A DNA stretch of 64,000 nucleotides from Sphyrna mokarran (GCA_024679065.1 JAGIQG010000012.1:54560001-54624000); one strand, 5' to 3'. Positions 12,601 to 25,879 are shown, numbered from the stretch's first letter. Made by a program: numbers and translations. The notes: generated from the sequence alone by a model not told the origin.

Positions 12601-15600
12601 AATGGAAGGTAAGTAGTTAAAGTTGACGGAGCTTTAGTCGAGGATCCTTATTTAGATAGGTTATTAATTGCTGTAAACAGTTCTGGGTGCCTTTGGAGGA
12701 GCCCAATCCAAAATGTGGATGGTGAACTTCAGGGTTGAAATGGGTATGTGCTGCTTTCTCAAGTCATCGGTAGCTCATGTGCCTGTTTTGCATCTGAAAT
12801 TCCTAGACCACAATGTCCAACCAATACTCAGCAAAATGATTCCATTTTGAAACACAGCACAGTAATTTGGACTTTTATTTCTGCTACACAACAGAATGAT
12901 TAACTAACTGCAATCATAATCGGCATTTAATGTTTTTTTACATACTTAAATTTGGTTTAATGATTAACGTTAAAGGCTCTAAATTTAACTGAGACCCTCC
13001 TATTGCTGGACTACACTTGAAGGAGAGTTGATTATAAATGTCAGAGGGAGGAACACGTTACATGAATGACTTTTAAAAATTGTTTAATGGAATAACATTA
13101 ACTGAAGTAACAATCACATTTAACCATGATTATCTGGTCTTTTATACATGTAAAGAATCATTTGGTTCGCTAAAGTATGTGATTTAGTCCTTATTGAAGC
13201 GTGAACAAACTTAGAAGCCAAATTAAGAGGACAGTAACCATCCTTTCAGCACCATGACTTTAAAATTAATTGATACTTTATCCGACAAAAAAAAGTATTT
13301 GCATCTGTAAACAGCCTCAGAATTGACTGATTCACGGGTTCTTATTTGCAGTGAGATCATATTACTAATACTACAGCTGTATTTAGGCTATCCAGACTTG
13401 TACACACACTTTCCCTAAAGCATCTACATTACTGTGGATGTCAATCTAAGTAACATCAGCAAACTATAGCTCTGTTCACTCATTAACCCTCAGAGGCCTA
13501 TGACGATTATTGTTGGAACTGCCGGGTGAATTTGGCACTATGCACAACTTGAGTAGAATGATGATCATTTGAATAAGTCTGTGTTAAATCTACTGGACTA
13601 AAGAGGTGATTTAATGCTTTGAATGCACTGACCTACTTTTACTACTAACGTACTGTACTGTTGTTAAAAGTAATGGTTGACCTTCTGCCCTCAGTGAAAG
13701 GCATATCTCTTTTTCCCATCCCTCATATAAAAAAGTATAAAACATCATTCGCTTAATTTTTGGGATGTTTCCTGATAAGGCCAAGTGGTTAGTTTCATGT
13801 AAAGAATGTAGTACAATGTAATTTAAGCACATTAAGCAGTTGTTTATTACCATAACCCAATTTTGAGACTTACATTTCACGTGGGCACAAGTTGACTTGT
13901 GTCACCATTGTTTTGATTGCTATTCTACAACGGGTTAGAAACCAGGCAAACAATCATCCATTGCTTTCAAATAGTGAAAAGTTTGTACCACTTGGCATCG
14001 ACAAATCATCAATCACTGTTGGGTGCCATTTACAAGGGTTAGGTCCTTTCTAGCTCCAGTGACCTGAACAACAAAGCAACTCAGCAGCTTGCCATCTACA
14101 CCAATATGCCTCCCCCTTGATCCTCAATTTTGTTCCTTTTCCTAGTCTCCTGCAGTCTGCAATACCAAGCGCATGTCATAGCTCTTCCTGACTAAATCCA
14201 GGGAATCACAGCTGAAAACAATCCGCTGTCTAAATTTTAATTTTAGCTTTACTGATTAAATTCAGACCACCAATTTTGAATTGGTGAAATTAAATGAAAC
14301 AAGTCAAAAACTTTTGAAGCTTTGTGAAATGTGAAGAAGTTAAAGAAGGACATTTATTATGAGGTTTACGTGGCATATTATTGAAGTAATTAGGAAGATT
14401 GAAACAGCTCATTTCAAGTGCTTTAAGTTAACCATGCCTATCAATACTATTCTGTCCAGCCTGGTTCTGTCATTAATAATAAGCATCTTGTTGCGATTGT
14501 TCAATTTTCATATATAAAAACATACAAGGGATACAGGACTGAAAATGTCATTTAGAGATTTTTTGACTAGTTCAAATACCATTATTTGCAATATTAACTT
14601 CAAAACTCAATTAGCATTAGTAGAATTCCAGCTCGAAGTGTACAATTAAAAGTGTACAATTAAACCTGGTTAAGCATGAAAGCTACTTCTGGGAGGAGAG
14701 GATTACTGGAACTTTAACATTCTCCTTGATGTACTGACATGTACTGGCAAATCTTGATAAACTGGAGCTAGAATTCATTGCTTAAAGCTTTTGTAGAAAA
14801 CAAAAATTCACATAGTACCCAGGGAGGTAAGAGTTGCTATAACTGGAATAGACCAGGCTGCACATAAACTCATAATGATTCACAAAGTCAAAAACTTTAA
14901 GAAGCATGTGAAAGTCCTTGAATCACTGTTCTAACAGCTATAAAAGATATTTCATTGTTAAAAAAAATAAATTTCCATAAAATCTATCACTTGGTCTCAT
15001 AATTTGCAAAAAACTATTTTGGCTCACAACTTTTAATCGAGCATATCTCCACTTTTCATGAAGTAATGATACACACTGTGTTTCACTGTCAGTCTACATT
15101 AACAATAAGATTGGTAAAGGAATGTGGTTTGAAAAGACAGCCTTTTTGCTATTTTGATGAAATACATTTCGCTAGTTCACTTTATCTGATATTGCAGAGT
15201 GTTAAGTCAGACCTGGTTTATATTTTAAATTATACATTTTACAGGAGGCATACAGTTGACAGTAAAATTGTTATTAGGCTGTTTTTAATTTCATAGGTCA
15301 CATGGAATCCTGCAAGGCATCTACAAACAATTTCTAATCAACAAGCACCATCAGATTCTAGTCCATGTTTAGCTAATGCCCCACTTTGCGTATTGTTTTT
15401 GTTGCAGATGGAATTAGGCAACGATAAACAAATGTGCTTTGCATTTTAATTTTCATGTTATTCAAATAGTGCAATTTAGCAAATGCAACTTCTTCTTTCT
15501 CCTTTCTTTCCCCCTATCTATTCCCTAAAGGTTTATCAGTTCCCTTTGGGAAAAAAAATCTATGGCTAGCTAAAACAGCTTGCCTCTGTATCCTAGGGCT

Positions 15601-15937
15601 TAGCTGCAACAGCATTAGAACCACCAGATGTCTGCCCAGTCCCTGTCTTACAAAATGACTAGTCTTTATTCTACCCTTTTTACCTGATATATATTCTTAG
15701 AGGATTGTGACCACATTGCTGCCTGGCTGCATGTATTCTTATTTCTTGCTATGTCACAGTGTGTAATTTTTTTCTACTAATATTTTTACTTACTGTTTTA
15801 TCTTGAATTATATAATTCATCTTTAATAAATATGGCAGCATAATTAATGCATGGATCATCCCCAGCAAGTTTCTTCACTTATAAAATATACCAAACTTCT
15901 TCCAAAATTTCTATCCGGGTATAAAGGCAGTACTTGC

Positions 15938-16250
15938 ATCACAGAATTCTACAGTGCAGGAGGAGGCCATTCAGCCCACTGAGTCTGTGCTGAACACAAT
16001 CCCACCCAGGCTATCCCCTTAATCCCGTGCATTTACTCTAGCTAGCCCCCCGTCACTAACGGCCAATTTAGCACGACCAATCCACCAAACCAGCACATCT
16101 TTGGATTGTGGGGGGAAGCCAGAGTACCCGGAGGAAACCCACGCAGGTACAGAGAGAATGTGCAAACTCCACACAGACAGTGATCCAAGCTGGGAATCGA
16201 ACACAGATCCCTGAAACTGTGAGGCAGCAGTGCTAATTACTGTGCCACCC
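15938..16250 (-). mobile_element. HE1-like V-SINE with CR1/HER1-type tail
   Basis: tRNA-like head (gtggcacagtaattagc...gttcgattccc), V-domain (cactgtctgtgtggagtttgcacattctc...tgggtttcctccggg) and tail gggctgaatggcctcctcctgcactgtagaattct. Confidence 0.9.
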
Positions 16251-17009
16251 AGTATTGACATGAAGCTATGAAAAAATGTGCAAAAGTTCTATACTTGATT
16301 TACATTGTAGTTTTTAAGTATTGCTTTCTAACCTTACAGGATGTCAGTATGATGGTGTCACAGACTGGGAAGCCATCAGTGACCCAGAGAAAATACAGAT
16401 TACCATGTAAGAATATATTGTGAACAGAAATTAACCACACTGGGTCAGGGTGAAAAATGATAAATAAAAATATTTCAGTCCATCATTAGTTTAAACTAAA
16501 ACAGTGTTTCATCATAAACCAACTGTAGTCACAAATGCTTTTCATTTAATTTATGTATTCAGATATCTTTGAATATGTTCTGTTGTCCTAAACTATTATT
16601 ACAGTGAACATACCAATATATTGCTGCCAGTGTTTGAACAGGGACTTGTGCTGAGAGTCAGGGTTACACTGTCCACTTGAATCACACTGGAGCTTAGGAT
16701 GACAGAATTGCAGGCATGCAGGCAGGGCACTTGGCATATCGTACATGGATCAGTCATCTAGTGATTGGAGACTGTTGACACAAAAGCTTCACTTTCATTC
16801 AATGCAAAATGCCCCTTTTACCATCAAGGTTTAAAAAGAAATGTTGGACATCACACTGACAGTCGTTGTATTGCGATGTGTAGTGTAGCATTAAGTCCCT
16901 GGATTGCCATTGCAATGTAGGCATTTGAGGTATAAAAGTCTCAAAATGGCACCATGAAAAAAGGTATGGTGTAAGTAATAGTTTTATAGATGAGAAAGTT
17001 CCATTTCCA

Positions 17010-17383
17010 GGGCTGGAAGTTTCCCTTCTCGCCTGCCATCGGAATTGCAGTAGACAGCACAGAAAATCAAACAGACCATTTATAGATCCATTGAGCTCAG
17101 ACAGGAATTTCTGGTTTGGGTGTGTGTAATGAATTCAATCAGGCCACTGAGATTAGCCTACTGGAGTATGGCCTCACTGATTAAGGATCTAATTGATGGG
17201 CGAATTTGGGAATCTTAGTACTTAACTGGGATTGTCAGTTCCTCTGACGCTCCTGGAGGTAGACTGCTGACTGATAGCACTCTATGTGCTGCTGTTAGAG
17301 TTTATAAATAAAGGGATTTTGATGAAGAGACTTCTGCCTCTGAAGACTTACTATACGGTGCACGCAACTGGAAAATCCTGCCC
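17010..17383. mobile_element. MITE-family copy interrupted by a ~230-bp insert (17125-17355)
   Basis: TIRs GGGCTGGAAGTTTCC / GGAAAATCCTGCCC; the homologous uninterrupted copy at 58478-58598 lacks the insert. Confidence 0.6.
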
Positions 17384-17759
17384 CAGGTAATCAAAAGGTA
17401 ACGCAGAAACAAAATGAGAATAAAGACATTTTGAGAGCAGGTAAATGTTGAATGAATTAGAAATTAGTTTAAGTTAACACAGATAGCTGCACCAAAGACT
17501 AGCAGGATTTTACACACAATCTGCTATATGTTTCACAGTCGCAGGGACAGCTCGCTATTGGTAGATTGTAGAACCTTCTGGTCCCACCATTGTAAAAGGG
17601 GGTTTTCCACTGAATACCCTCGTCATTACCATTAACCCCACGGTAGGGGTGCGCAGTGGGCAGGACCGGAAGAATATTGGTGTATGGGGAATTGGTGCTG
17701 TAGATCTGGATATCATACTTGGATAAGATCTTTACGTACACTCAGACAGGGACTGTCCT

Positions 17760-19310
17760 TCTTTCTTCTTCCCTTTTTTCTTCTTCCACCTGTTTCTCCT
17801 ATTCCCATGCTCAAGCTGTTGGCAAAGGCTATCATCTCATGGTGAGGTTATGTAGCTTGTGGCAGGCTACCACTAACCTTGAAGATCACTCAAGCTGAGT
17901 GCTGCAGGGCTCCTTCAGATCAGTCCAGGCAGTGGAAGCATTGTTTCAGTACACCAGTGGTCTACTCAATTATATTTCATGGGGCAGCTTGATTTTCATT
18001 GTATGCAAGCTGTGAGTGGGTTACACACTACGGCTGTGTTGTCAGTGGATAGTCCTCATCAACACTAGCCACATTTTGACTTGTTGTGGTGCCTCGACTG
18101 CAGCTGGCACAGGAGAACGTCACTGAATGAAGGCATTTTAACTGCTGCCAGGATACTAGGCATTGGCCTGCATGATTTTCTCAGTATGGTCACACACCAG
18201 CTGGATGTCAAGGGATGGCATCCTTTCAGTTCCAATTGAGGGCAGATGTGGCACATGCACATCAATATCTTTGACATCAGTGGCAAACTACAGCATGGGA
18301 AACTCTGCAATCCTAGCAAAGCCACTTGCTCACTTCATGGACCTGTCTTTGACAAGACAGAATGAAATGTAGCTAGCTCTCACTAAGTAGACAGAATGTT
18401 AGTGACTGCCTTTACCCAATAGCAACCAGCTAGCAAACTGTGTGATGTTGCAAAGATCTCCAGTTTTAGCCTGAAAGAAGCCAAAAAACTTTTATTGTCA
18501 CATCACTGTCCCATTCACAGCCAAGTATTGGGATTGCTACCCTGTTCTGGGGTTGTAGCAGTAGCTGCAGCAATTGACAGATTTTAGCGAGGGCTTCCTT
18601 ATGTAAATACATATGTTTGACACATTATTCCTCATTGAAATTCATGTAGGAAAGTTGCTCCCAAACAGTTTGGATAGATATAATCTCCTGCTCAAGCCCT
18701 TCCTCCCCCTCCCTCTTCTAGCAGCTTGTCCTACTCCTGCAGCTCTTCTGCTCATTTTCCAAGTCACAATTAATCCATGGGGCATGCCTACTCAGTGCAG
18801 CCATGTCTGGAAGCAACTGGATTGTGCAGAAGCTTGAAGTCAGCAAAGAGTTCTTCAGAACCTGCCACATTGTACTGTACAGACTTTGGTAATTTGAAAC
18901 AATTACAGAAAAGATTAACCACTTTTGAAATCAAATAACAACCAGAAGAAATCAACCAACAACTAACTTGTAATTAATTGATGATTCATTTAAATAGCAT
19001 GTTAGCGGGTGGGTGATGTTGTTGAATGTATATTCAGGCATGCATGGTTAAGAACAATATTAATTTTAAAGCATTAAAGATCTAAACTGGCAGTGTTGGT
19101 GACTGCGATGGCATTGCACTCTGATTGACTTTATGATCTACTTACTCTGCTAACCTTTAGCCCATGTCTGTTATTCACATCAATGCCCTCACCAATCCAC
19201 CCACTGGATGACTTGCCCATTGAGATGTAGTGTATCTCATAAGGCCATTTGGAAACTCAAACGGAACCAGGAATACCCAAAGAGTGAGCACCATTGAACC
19301 AAATCGTGCA
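17760..19310 (-). pseudogene. Fossil Harbinger/PIF (HARBI1-like DDE) transposase with upstream flank
   Basis: Minus-strand translation AYNENQAAP*NIIE*TTGVLKQCFHCLD*SEGALQHS (18006-17896), plus GFARIAEFP, IQLVCDH and YPGSS remnants. The upstream motif gaagaaatcaaccaacaactaac...tttaaatag is shared with the copy near 58900. Confidence 0.85.
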
Positions 19311-19702
19311 CGTACTTGATTCAACGAAATCTATTCTATTTGCAGGTTACTATGAAAGACAAACACTACTTGGAATGAAACTTTAAAATTACAAGTCTAC
19401 ATCTAACGTTGATTGCACCAGAAAGATCGCTGTCATCCAAACATAATGAAACGCGATCAATTAATAAAAAGTTGTTATTGGAGAGGGACTGTTACTCAAA
19501 GGTTTTATCCATTTTGGAAATAATTTGTATTGGAAATTAAAACAGGAATTTATTTGAGGAAAAAAAGCTTACTATGAAGAATATGAGTGCTTAATAGGAA
19601 GACTGTGAGAAAACATGGGTTCTACATTTTATGATAAGGGTTGGATAAAGACAGATGTCTTTAAAAAATCCCTGCTTTTTCACACCATGTTTTGCATCAT
19701 TC

Positions 19703-21505
19703 TTTGACTTGATTTATTGTTACATGTATTGGAATACAGTGAAAAGTAGTGTTTCTTGCCACTATACAGACAAAACATACCATTCATAGAGAACATATCT
19801 TACGAATCTGGTGGAATTTTTTGAAGAAGTGACAAAAACAGTTGATGAAGGACAGGCTGTTGATGTCGTCTACATGGATTTCAGTAAGGCGTTTGACAAG
19901 GTTCCTCATGGTAAACTGATAGAGAAGGTGAAGGCGCATGGGATACAGGGTCGGGTATGTAGATGGGTCGAAAACTGGCTCGGAAGGAGGAGACAGAGGG
20001 TAGTAGTGGAAGGCTCTTTTTCCGGCTGGAAGCCTGTCACTAGGGGAGTGCCACAAGGCTCAGTACTAGGTCCTCTTCTATTTGTGGTCTACATAAACGA
20101 CTTGGAAGTAGGGGTAGGTGGTGAGATCAGCAAATTTGCTGATGACACCAAATGCTTGGATTGGCGGGTACAGAAGAGCAGTGTCAGGCAATACAACAGG
20201 ACATAGACAGGTTGGTAGATTGGGCAGATAGATGGCAAATGGAATTTAATCCGGAAAAATGCGAGGTGATGCACTTTGGCCAGAAAAATGTAGAAGAGAA
20301 TTATAGGATAAAAGGTAAAACTATAAGGAGCATAGAGACGCAGAGAGACTTGGGGGTGCAGGTTCACAAGTCTCTGAAGGTGTCCTCATAGGTGGAGAAG
20401 GTGACAAAGAAGGCGTATAGTATGTTAGCTTTCATAGAAAAGGGTATAGAATATAAGAGTAGGAGTTTGATGTTGCAGTTGTATACAACTTTGGTTAGGC
20501 CTCACTTGGAATACTGCGCCCCGTTCTGGTCTCCGTACTATCGGAAGGATGTGGAGTCCTTGGAGAGAGTGCAGAGGGGGTTTACCAGGATGCTGCCTGG
20601 TATGGAAGGACTGTCCTATGAGGAACGATTAGATAGACTGGGGTTGTTTTCCCTTGAAAGACGTCGGCTTAGAGGGGATCTCATAGAGGTGTATAAGATT
20701 ATAAGGGGTATAGATAGAGTAAATGGAGGTAAACTTTTTTCACCTTTAGAAATGGATAGGACGAGAGGTCATGGCCATAGGGTGAGGGGGGCTATGTATA
20801 GGACGAATATTAGAGGGCAGTTTTTCACACAAAGGGTAGTGGGGGTGTGGAATGCACTGCCGAGTAAGGTGGTGGGAGCAGGCACGCTGGGGCTGTTTAA
20901 GGGTCTCTTGGACAGCCACATGAGCGGTATGCAGATAGAGAGATATATTAGGACTGTTTAACTACGGCTTTTTTCCACAGGTAATTCGGTCCATAATTTG
21001 AGCACGCATTCGGCAGGTGGTGCGGGTACAGCTCTTGGATGTTGATTCATGGGTTGCCTGGTACCTCATGTCGTATATGAGTGCTTTATGTGGACCACCT
21101 GAAGGGCACCATGCCAGCTCAGAGACTATCGATGTGGCTGTGCAGACACTTGGAATTGGGCCGGTGTCTGCGGGAGTTTGCGCGTTCTCCCCGTGGTTGC
21201 GTGGGTTTTTCTCCGGGCACTCCGGTTTCCTCCCACAACCCAAAAATTCGCTGTTAGGCTGATTGGGTAACAAATTGTCCCTATGGTGAAAATTTTCCAA
21301 ATTAGGATTAATATATATATTATTATATAGGAATATTAAAATAGGATAATGATTTGGTATTACGGTGGCGCGGGCTCGTTGGGCCGAAGGGCCTGTTTCC
21401 CGTGCTGTGTTGCTTAATAATAATAAAAAAAAACATAGGGGAGAAAGACAGAAGAGGGTGCAGAATATAGTGTTACAATCATAGCGAGGGTGGAGAGCAA
21501 TGTCA
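19703..21505 (-). mobile_element. Short retroelement 3'-end fragment (19703-19797 and 21432-21505) split by the CR1 insertion
   Basis: tttgacttgatttattgttacatg...cattcatagag continues after the insert as catagg...gcagaatatagtgttacaatcatag; resembles an L2-like shark repeat terminus (recognition only). Confidence 0.55.
19798..21431 (+). mobile_element. Young 5'-truncated CR1 LINE with long 3' UTR containing a V-SINE-like core
   Basis: RT ORFs 19811-20206, 20152-20391 and 20392-20961 ([17 protein letters not shown]), stop at 20961. V-domain at about 21159-21285; tail gggccgaagggcctgtt + (TAA)n/polyA. TSD AACATA at 19792-19797 and 21432-21437. Confidence 0.93.
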
Positions 21506-21550
21506 ACATGGAATTTATAAGGGTTAGAGTATAGTTTTAAAAGCATGGAA

Positions 21551-21642
21551 TGTGAATATATATATGTGTGTATACATATGTGTGTGTATATATACACACA
21601 TACACACACAAATACATAAATATAATATATATATATATATAT
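21551..21642. repeat. Compound (TA/TG/CA)n microsatellite
   Basis: Directly visible dinucleotide runs. Confidence 0.9.
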
Positions 21643-21671
21643 CATCAGAACCCAAGAGTATTCAATAGGCA

Positions 21672-24250
21672 TAGGAGCTCTGGGTGTACAAGTACACAGA
21701 TCTATGAAAATGACAATGCAGATGGGGGGAGGTAGTCAAGAAGTTATACTTATCTTCATCAGCCAGGGCACTGAGTTTAAAAATTGGTAGGTCATGTTAC
21801 AACTTTAGAGCAAAGAACAAAGAAAATTACAGCACAAGAATAGGCCCTTCAGTCCTCCTAGCTTGCACCAACCATGCTGCCTGACTGAACTAAAACCCTC
21901 TACGCTTCCAGGGACCATGTCCCTTTATTCCTATCTCCTTCATGTACTTGTCAAGACACCCCCTTAAAAGTCACTACTGTATCTGCTTCCACTCCCTCCC
22001 ACAGCAATGAGTTCCAGGCACCCACCATTCTGTGTAAAAAAAAAAAATCTGTCTCGTTCATCTCTTTTAAAACTTGCCCCTCACACCTTAAACCTATGCA
22101 CCCGAATAATTGACTCTTCCATCGTGGGAAAAAGCTTCTGACTATCCACTCTGTCCATGCCCCTCATAATCTTATAGACTTCTAAATCAGGTCTCCCCTC
22201 AACCTCCATTGCTCCAGTGAGAACAAACCAAGTTTCTCTAACCTCTCCTCATAGCTAATGCCCTCCATACTTGGCAACATCCTGTTAAATCTTTTCTGTA
22301 CCCTCTCCAAAGCCTCCACATCCTTCTGGTAGTGTGGCAACCAGAATTGAACACTATATTCCAAGTGCTGCCTAACTAAGGTTATATAAAGCGTCAACAT
22401 GACTTGCCAATTTTTAAACTGAATACCCGGCTGATGAAGGCAAGCATGCCGTATGCCTTCTTGACTACCTTCTCCACCTGCATTACCATTTTCTGTGACC
22501 TGTGTACCTAAACACACAGATCCCTTTGCCCTTTGATACTCTTAAGGGTTCTGCCATTTACTGTATATTTCCTATCTGTATTAAACCTTCCAAAATGCAT
22601 TACCTCACATTTGCCTGGATTAAACTTCATCTGCCATCTCTCTGCCCAAATCTCCAATTGATCTATATCCTGCTGTATCTTCTGATAGTCCTCATCGCTA
22701 TCCACAAATCCATTAACCTTTGTGTCATCCGCAGACTTACTAATCAATGGTTACATTTTCCTCCAAATCATTTATATATATTACGAACAGCAAAGGTCCC
22801 AGCACTGATCCCTGAGGAGCACCACTGGTCACAACCCTTCATTCAGAAACGCACTCTTCCACTGTTATCCTCTGTGTTCTTTGACCAAGCCAGTTTTGTA
22901 TCCACCTTGCTAGCTCACCTCTAATCCCATGCAAGTTCAACTTCTGCACCAGTCTGCCATGAGGGACTTTGTCAAAGGCCTTACTGAAGTCTATGTAAAC
23001 AACATTCACTGTCTACTCTCATCAATCACTTGTCATACTTATATGACAATCATTTGTCACTTCCTCAAAAAACTCAATCAAGTTCATGAGACAAAACTTC
23101 CATAAAACCATGTTGCCTCTCATTAATACGTCCACTTATTTCCAAGTGGGAATATGTCCTGTCTCGAAGAATCCTCTTTAATAATTTCCCTACCACTGAT
23201 ATATGGCTCAGCAGCCTGTAATTACCCAGATTATTCTTGCTACCCTTTTTAAACAAAGGAAGAACATTGGTCATTCTCTAATCCTCTGGGATCTCCCTTG
23301 TAGCCTTGAAAAGATTTTTCCCAAGGCCCCAACAATTTCCCCTCTTGCCTCTCTCAGTAATCTAAGGTATATTCCATCAGGTCCTGGAGACTTGTCCACC
23401 TTGATGTTTCTCAAGAACTCCAATACTCCTCCTTTTTGATCTCAACATGACTCAAACTATCTACACAGCCTTTCCCAGAGTCATCATCCATCACATCCTT
23501 TTCTTTGGTAAATACTGATGCAAAATACTCACTTAATACCTCACCCATTTCCTCTGACTCCACACATAGATTTTCTCCCTTGTCTTTGAGTGAGCTAACT
23601 CGTTCCCTGGCTACCCTCTTGCTCTTTGCATATGTGTAAAAAACCTTGGAATTTTCCTTAATCCTGCTGGCTTTATGGAACCTTAGTTTGGCCATACTTG
23701 GAATACAGTATTCAATTCTGGTTGCCACACTACCAGAAGAATGTGGAGGCTTTGGAAGGGGTGCTGAGAAGATTTGCCAGGATGTTGCCGAGTACAGAGG
23801 GCATTAGCTATGAGGAGAGGGAGAAACTTGGTTTGTTCTCACTGGAATGCCAGAGGTTGAGGGGCAACCTGATAGAAGTCTACAGGATTGAGGGGCATGG
23901 ACAGAATGAATAGTCAGAAGCTTTCTCCCTGGTTGGAAGAGTAAATTACTAAGGGGTATAGGTTTAAGATGTGAGGGACAAGGTTTAAAGGAGATGTACG
24001 AGGCAAGTTTTTTTTTTACAGAGCGAGTAGTGGATGCCTGGAACTCGCTACTGGGGGAGGTAGTGGAAGCAGATACGATAGTGAATTTTAAAGGCTATCT
24101 GGACAAATACATGAATAGGATGGGAGTAGAGGGATATGGTCCCCAGAAGGGTAGGGAGGTTTAGTTCAGTCAGGCAGCATGGTTGGTGCAGGCTTAGAGG
24201 GCTGAATGGCCTGTTTCTGTGCTGTAATTTTCTTTGTTCTCTTTGTTTTT
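21672..24250 (+). mobile_element. CR1 3' fragment (host; 21672-21807 and 23671-24250)
   Basis: The reading QL|YGTLVWPYLEYSIQFWLPHYQK is continuous across the insert; tail ggcctgtttctgtgctgtaattttctttgttct. Confidence 0.88.
21808..23670 (-). mobile_element. CR1 LINE inserted antisense into a closely related CR1
   Basis: ORFs 23411-23728, 23074-23274, 22508-22747 and 22182-22517 are CR1 ORF2 fragments. TSD CTTTA at 21803-21807 and 23671-23675. Confidence 0.92.
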
Positions 24251-24305
24251 TGGAAGTAAAAGAGATAATTAGAGCGCATGTTGGGGACAGCTCGCAAGAA
24301 GTTTT

Positions 24306-24585
24306 AAGTTTATTTATTAGTGTCACAAGTAGGCATACGTTACTTTAATGAGGTTATTGTGAAAATCCCCAAGTCACTGCATTCTGGCACCTGTTCAGGT
24401 ACACTGAGGGAGAATTTAGCATGGCCAACGCATTTAACCTGCACATCTTTTGGATTGTGGGAGGAAACCCACACAAACACAGAGAATGGGCAGACTCCGC
24501 ATAGACAGTGATCCAAGCTGGGAATTGAACCAGGGTCTCTGACACTGTGAGGCAGCAGTGCTAACCACTGTGCCACCATGCAGCC
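24306..24585 (-). mobile_element. HE1-like V-SINE with alternative (non-HER1) tail
   Basis: tRNA head and V-domain as at 15938-16250, but the tail is gattttcacaataacctcatt...cctacttgtgacactaataaataaac. Confidence 0.88.
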
Positions 24586-24764
24586 ACACTCCAGCGTCAT
24601 GAGAATGTAGGTAACTGACAGCCTAGCTCACTATGCACCACTCAGCCACTCAGGAACTTTCAATTCACTTCAATGATATCATAAAAGTGAAGGCTCCAAT
24701 ACTGCATCTATAATCTTACATATGGGAACCACTCTTAATGACCATCCACCAGTATGCTTATGTT

Positions 24765-25060
24765 GTGATTATGTTACTGGGTGAATAATCCATAGGTCTA
24801 GATTAATAATCTGGAGAATCTGATTTCAAATGCACTATGGAAGCTCGAGAAGCTGAATTACATTTTTAAAATCTGAAAACAAAAAACCAGTATTAGCAAA
24901 AGTTCACCAATTGAGTGAAAGCTTCCATCATTAAATGACTTGGTCTGCGTGTGATTTCAAACATATACCAACGTAGTTGACTTAGCTGCCGTCTAAGACA
25001 GACTAGACAGTCATTCAGTTCAACTGCGGGACCTCAGAGGGAGACAATAAATGTATCCAA
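24765..25060 (+). mobile_element. Ancient degenerate SINE-like repeat
   Basis: ttactgg...aataatcc...ttcaaat head and caataaatg terminus resembling the tail at 25880-25952; recognition only. Confidence 0.4.
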
Positions 25061-25879
25061 TGATCCAGAAAATAATGAAAATAAATGGTTGACAGTCAAC
25101 AAGAGAAATGTACTTTGAACTCAATCTTCAAATGTACCTGCAGACATAGTCTGCTTGCTAAAAATCACGAGAAGCTGCTAATCTTTGGGTTGTAGGACAT
25201 TATTTGCAATTATATAAAAACGGATGTCCCTTGCTCAGTGCACAACCAATCTTAAAGGGGGAAAGCTGTGGGGTCAGGGGTTGTAGTACTGCAATCCTCT
25301 GCCAGCTTCTGAATGGCATCCACTCAGTGCACCTCCTCCTTTACTGTAGATTTCCAGCTCGACCCATCTATGGAACAGTCTCATTTCCATTCCCTGGTTT
25401 GATGGATTATTAAGCGGTTAGCAGCTCCCCCAGATTAAGACTGAAGACCCCCCCCCCACCAAGCCCAAGGTTGTTTGCAGCCTTCTGTGACCAGTTTAGC
25501 GCAATTACTTTTGCCAAACCCATACCAACTGTGGATGAGAGCTAATCCCATCATTTCATTTAAAAGTCATGCCACCGGTCGATTAAATTATTTTTCCCTT
25601 TTCACTCAAGATATACAAAGTGCCCAACTCTTGGGTACAGAAATCACTGACTTTGCCTTCCACTCCGATTTTCACAAGCAGTTCAATTGTCTTCAATAAA
25701 GAAAAATGAAACAAGACAGAACAACTGGTATCGCTCTAGGCACTGGAGATGACAAGTGCAAAACAAGCAGCCCTGTTGACCTTGCATGTGCCTCCTTCCC
25801 TGACATCTGGGGGCTAATGCCAAAATTGGGGGAGCTGTCTTCCTGCCTAACAGCGGGTCAACCCATGGCATGCGTTTCA

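Noticed and set aside
12292-12810. Possible MITE with ends ggtccagaaatt / aattcctagacc
   Set aside because: Short imperfect match and no convincing TSD.
20962-21672. Longest ORF in the track (236 aa, minus strand)
   Set aside because: It runs antisense through a microsatellite and the CR1 3' UTR; low-complexity translation with no domain.
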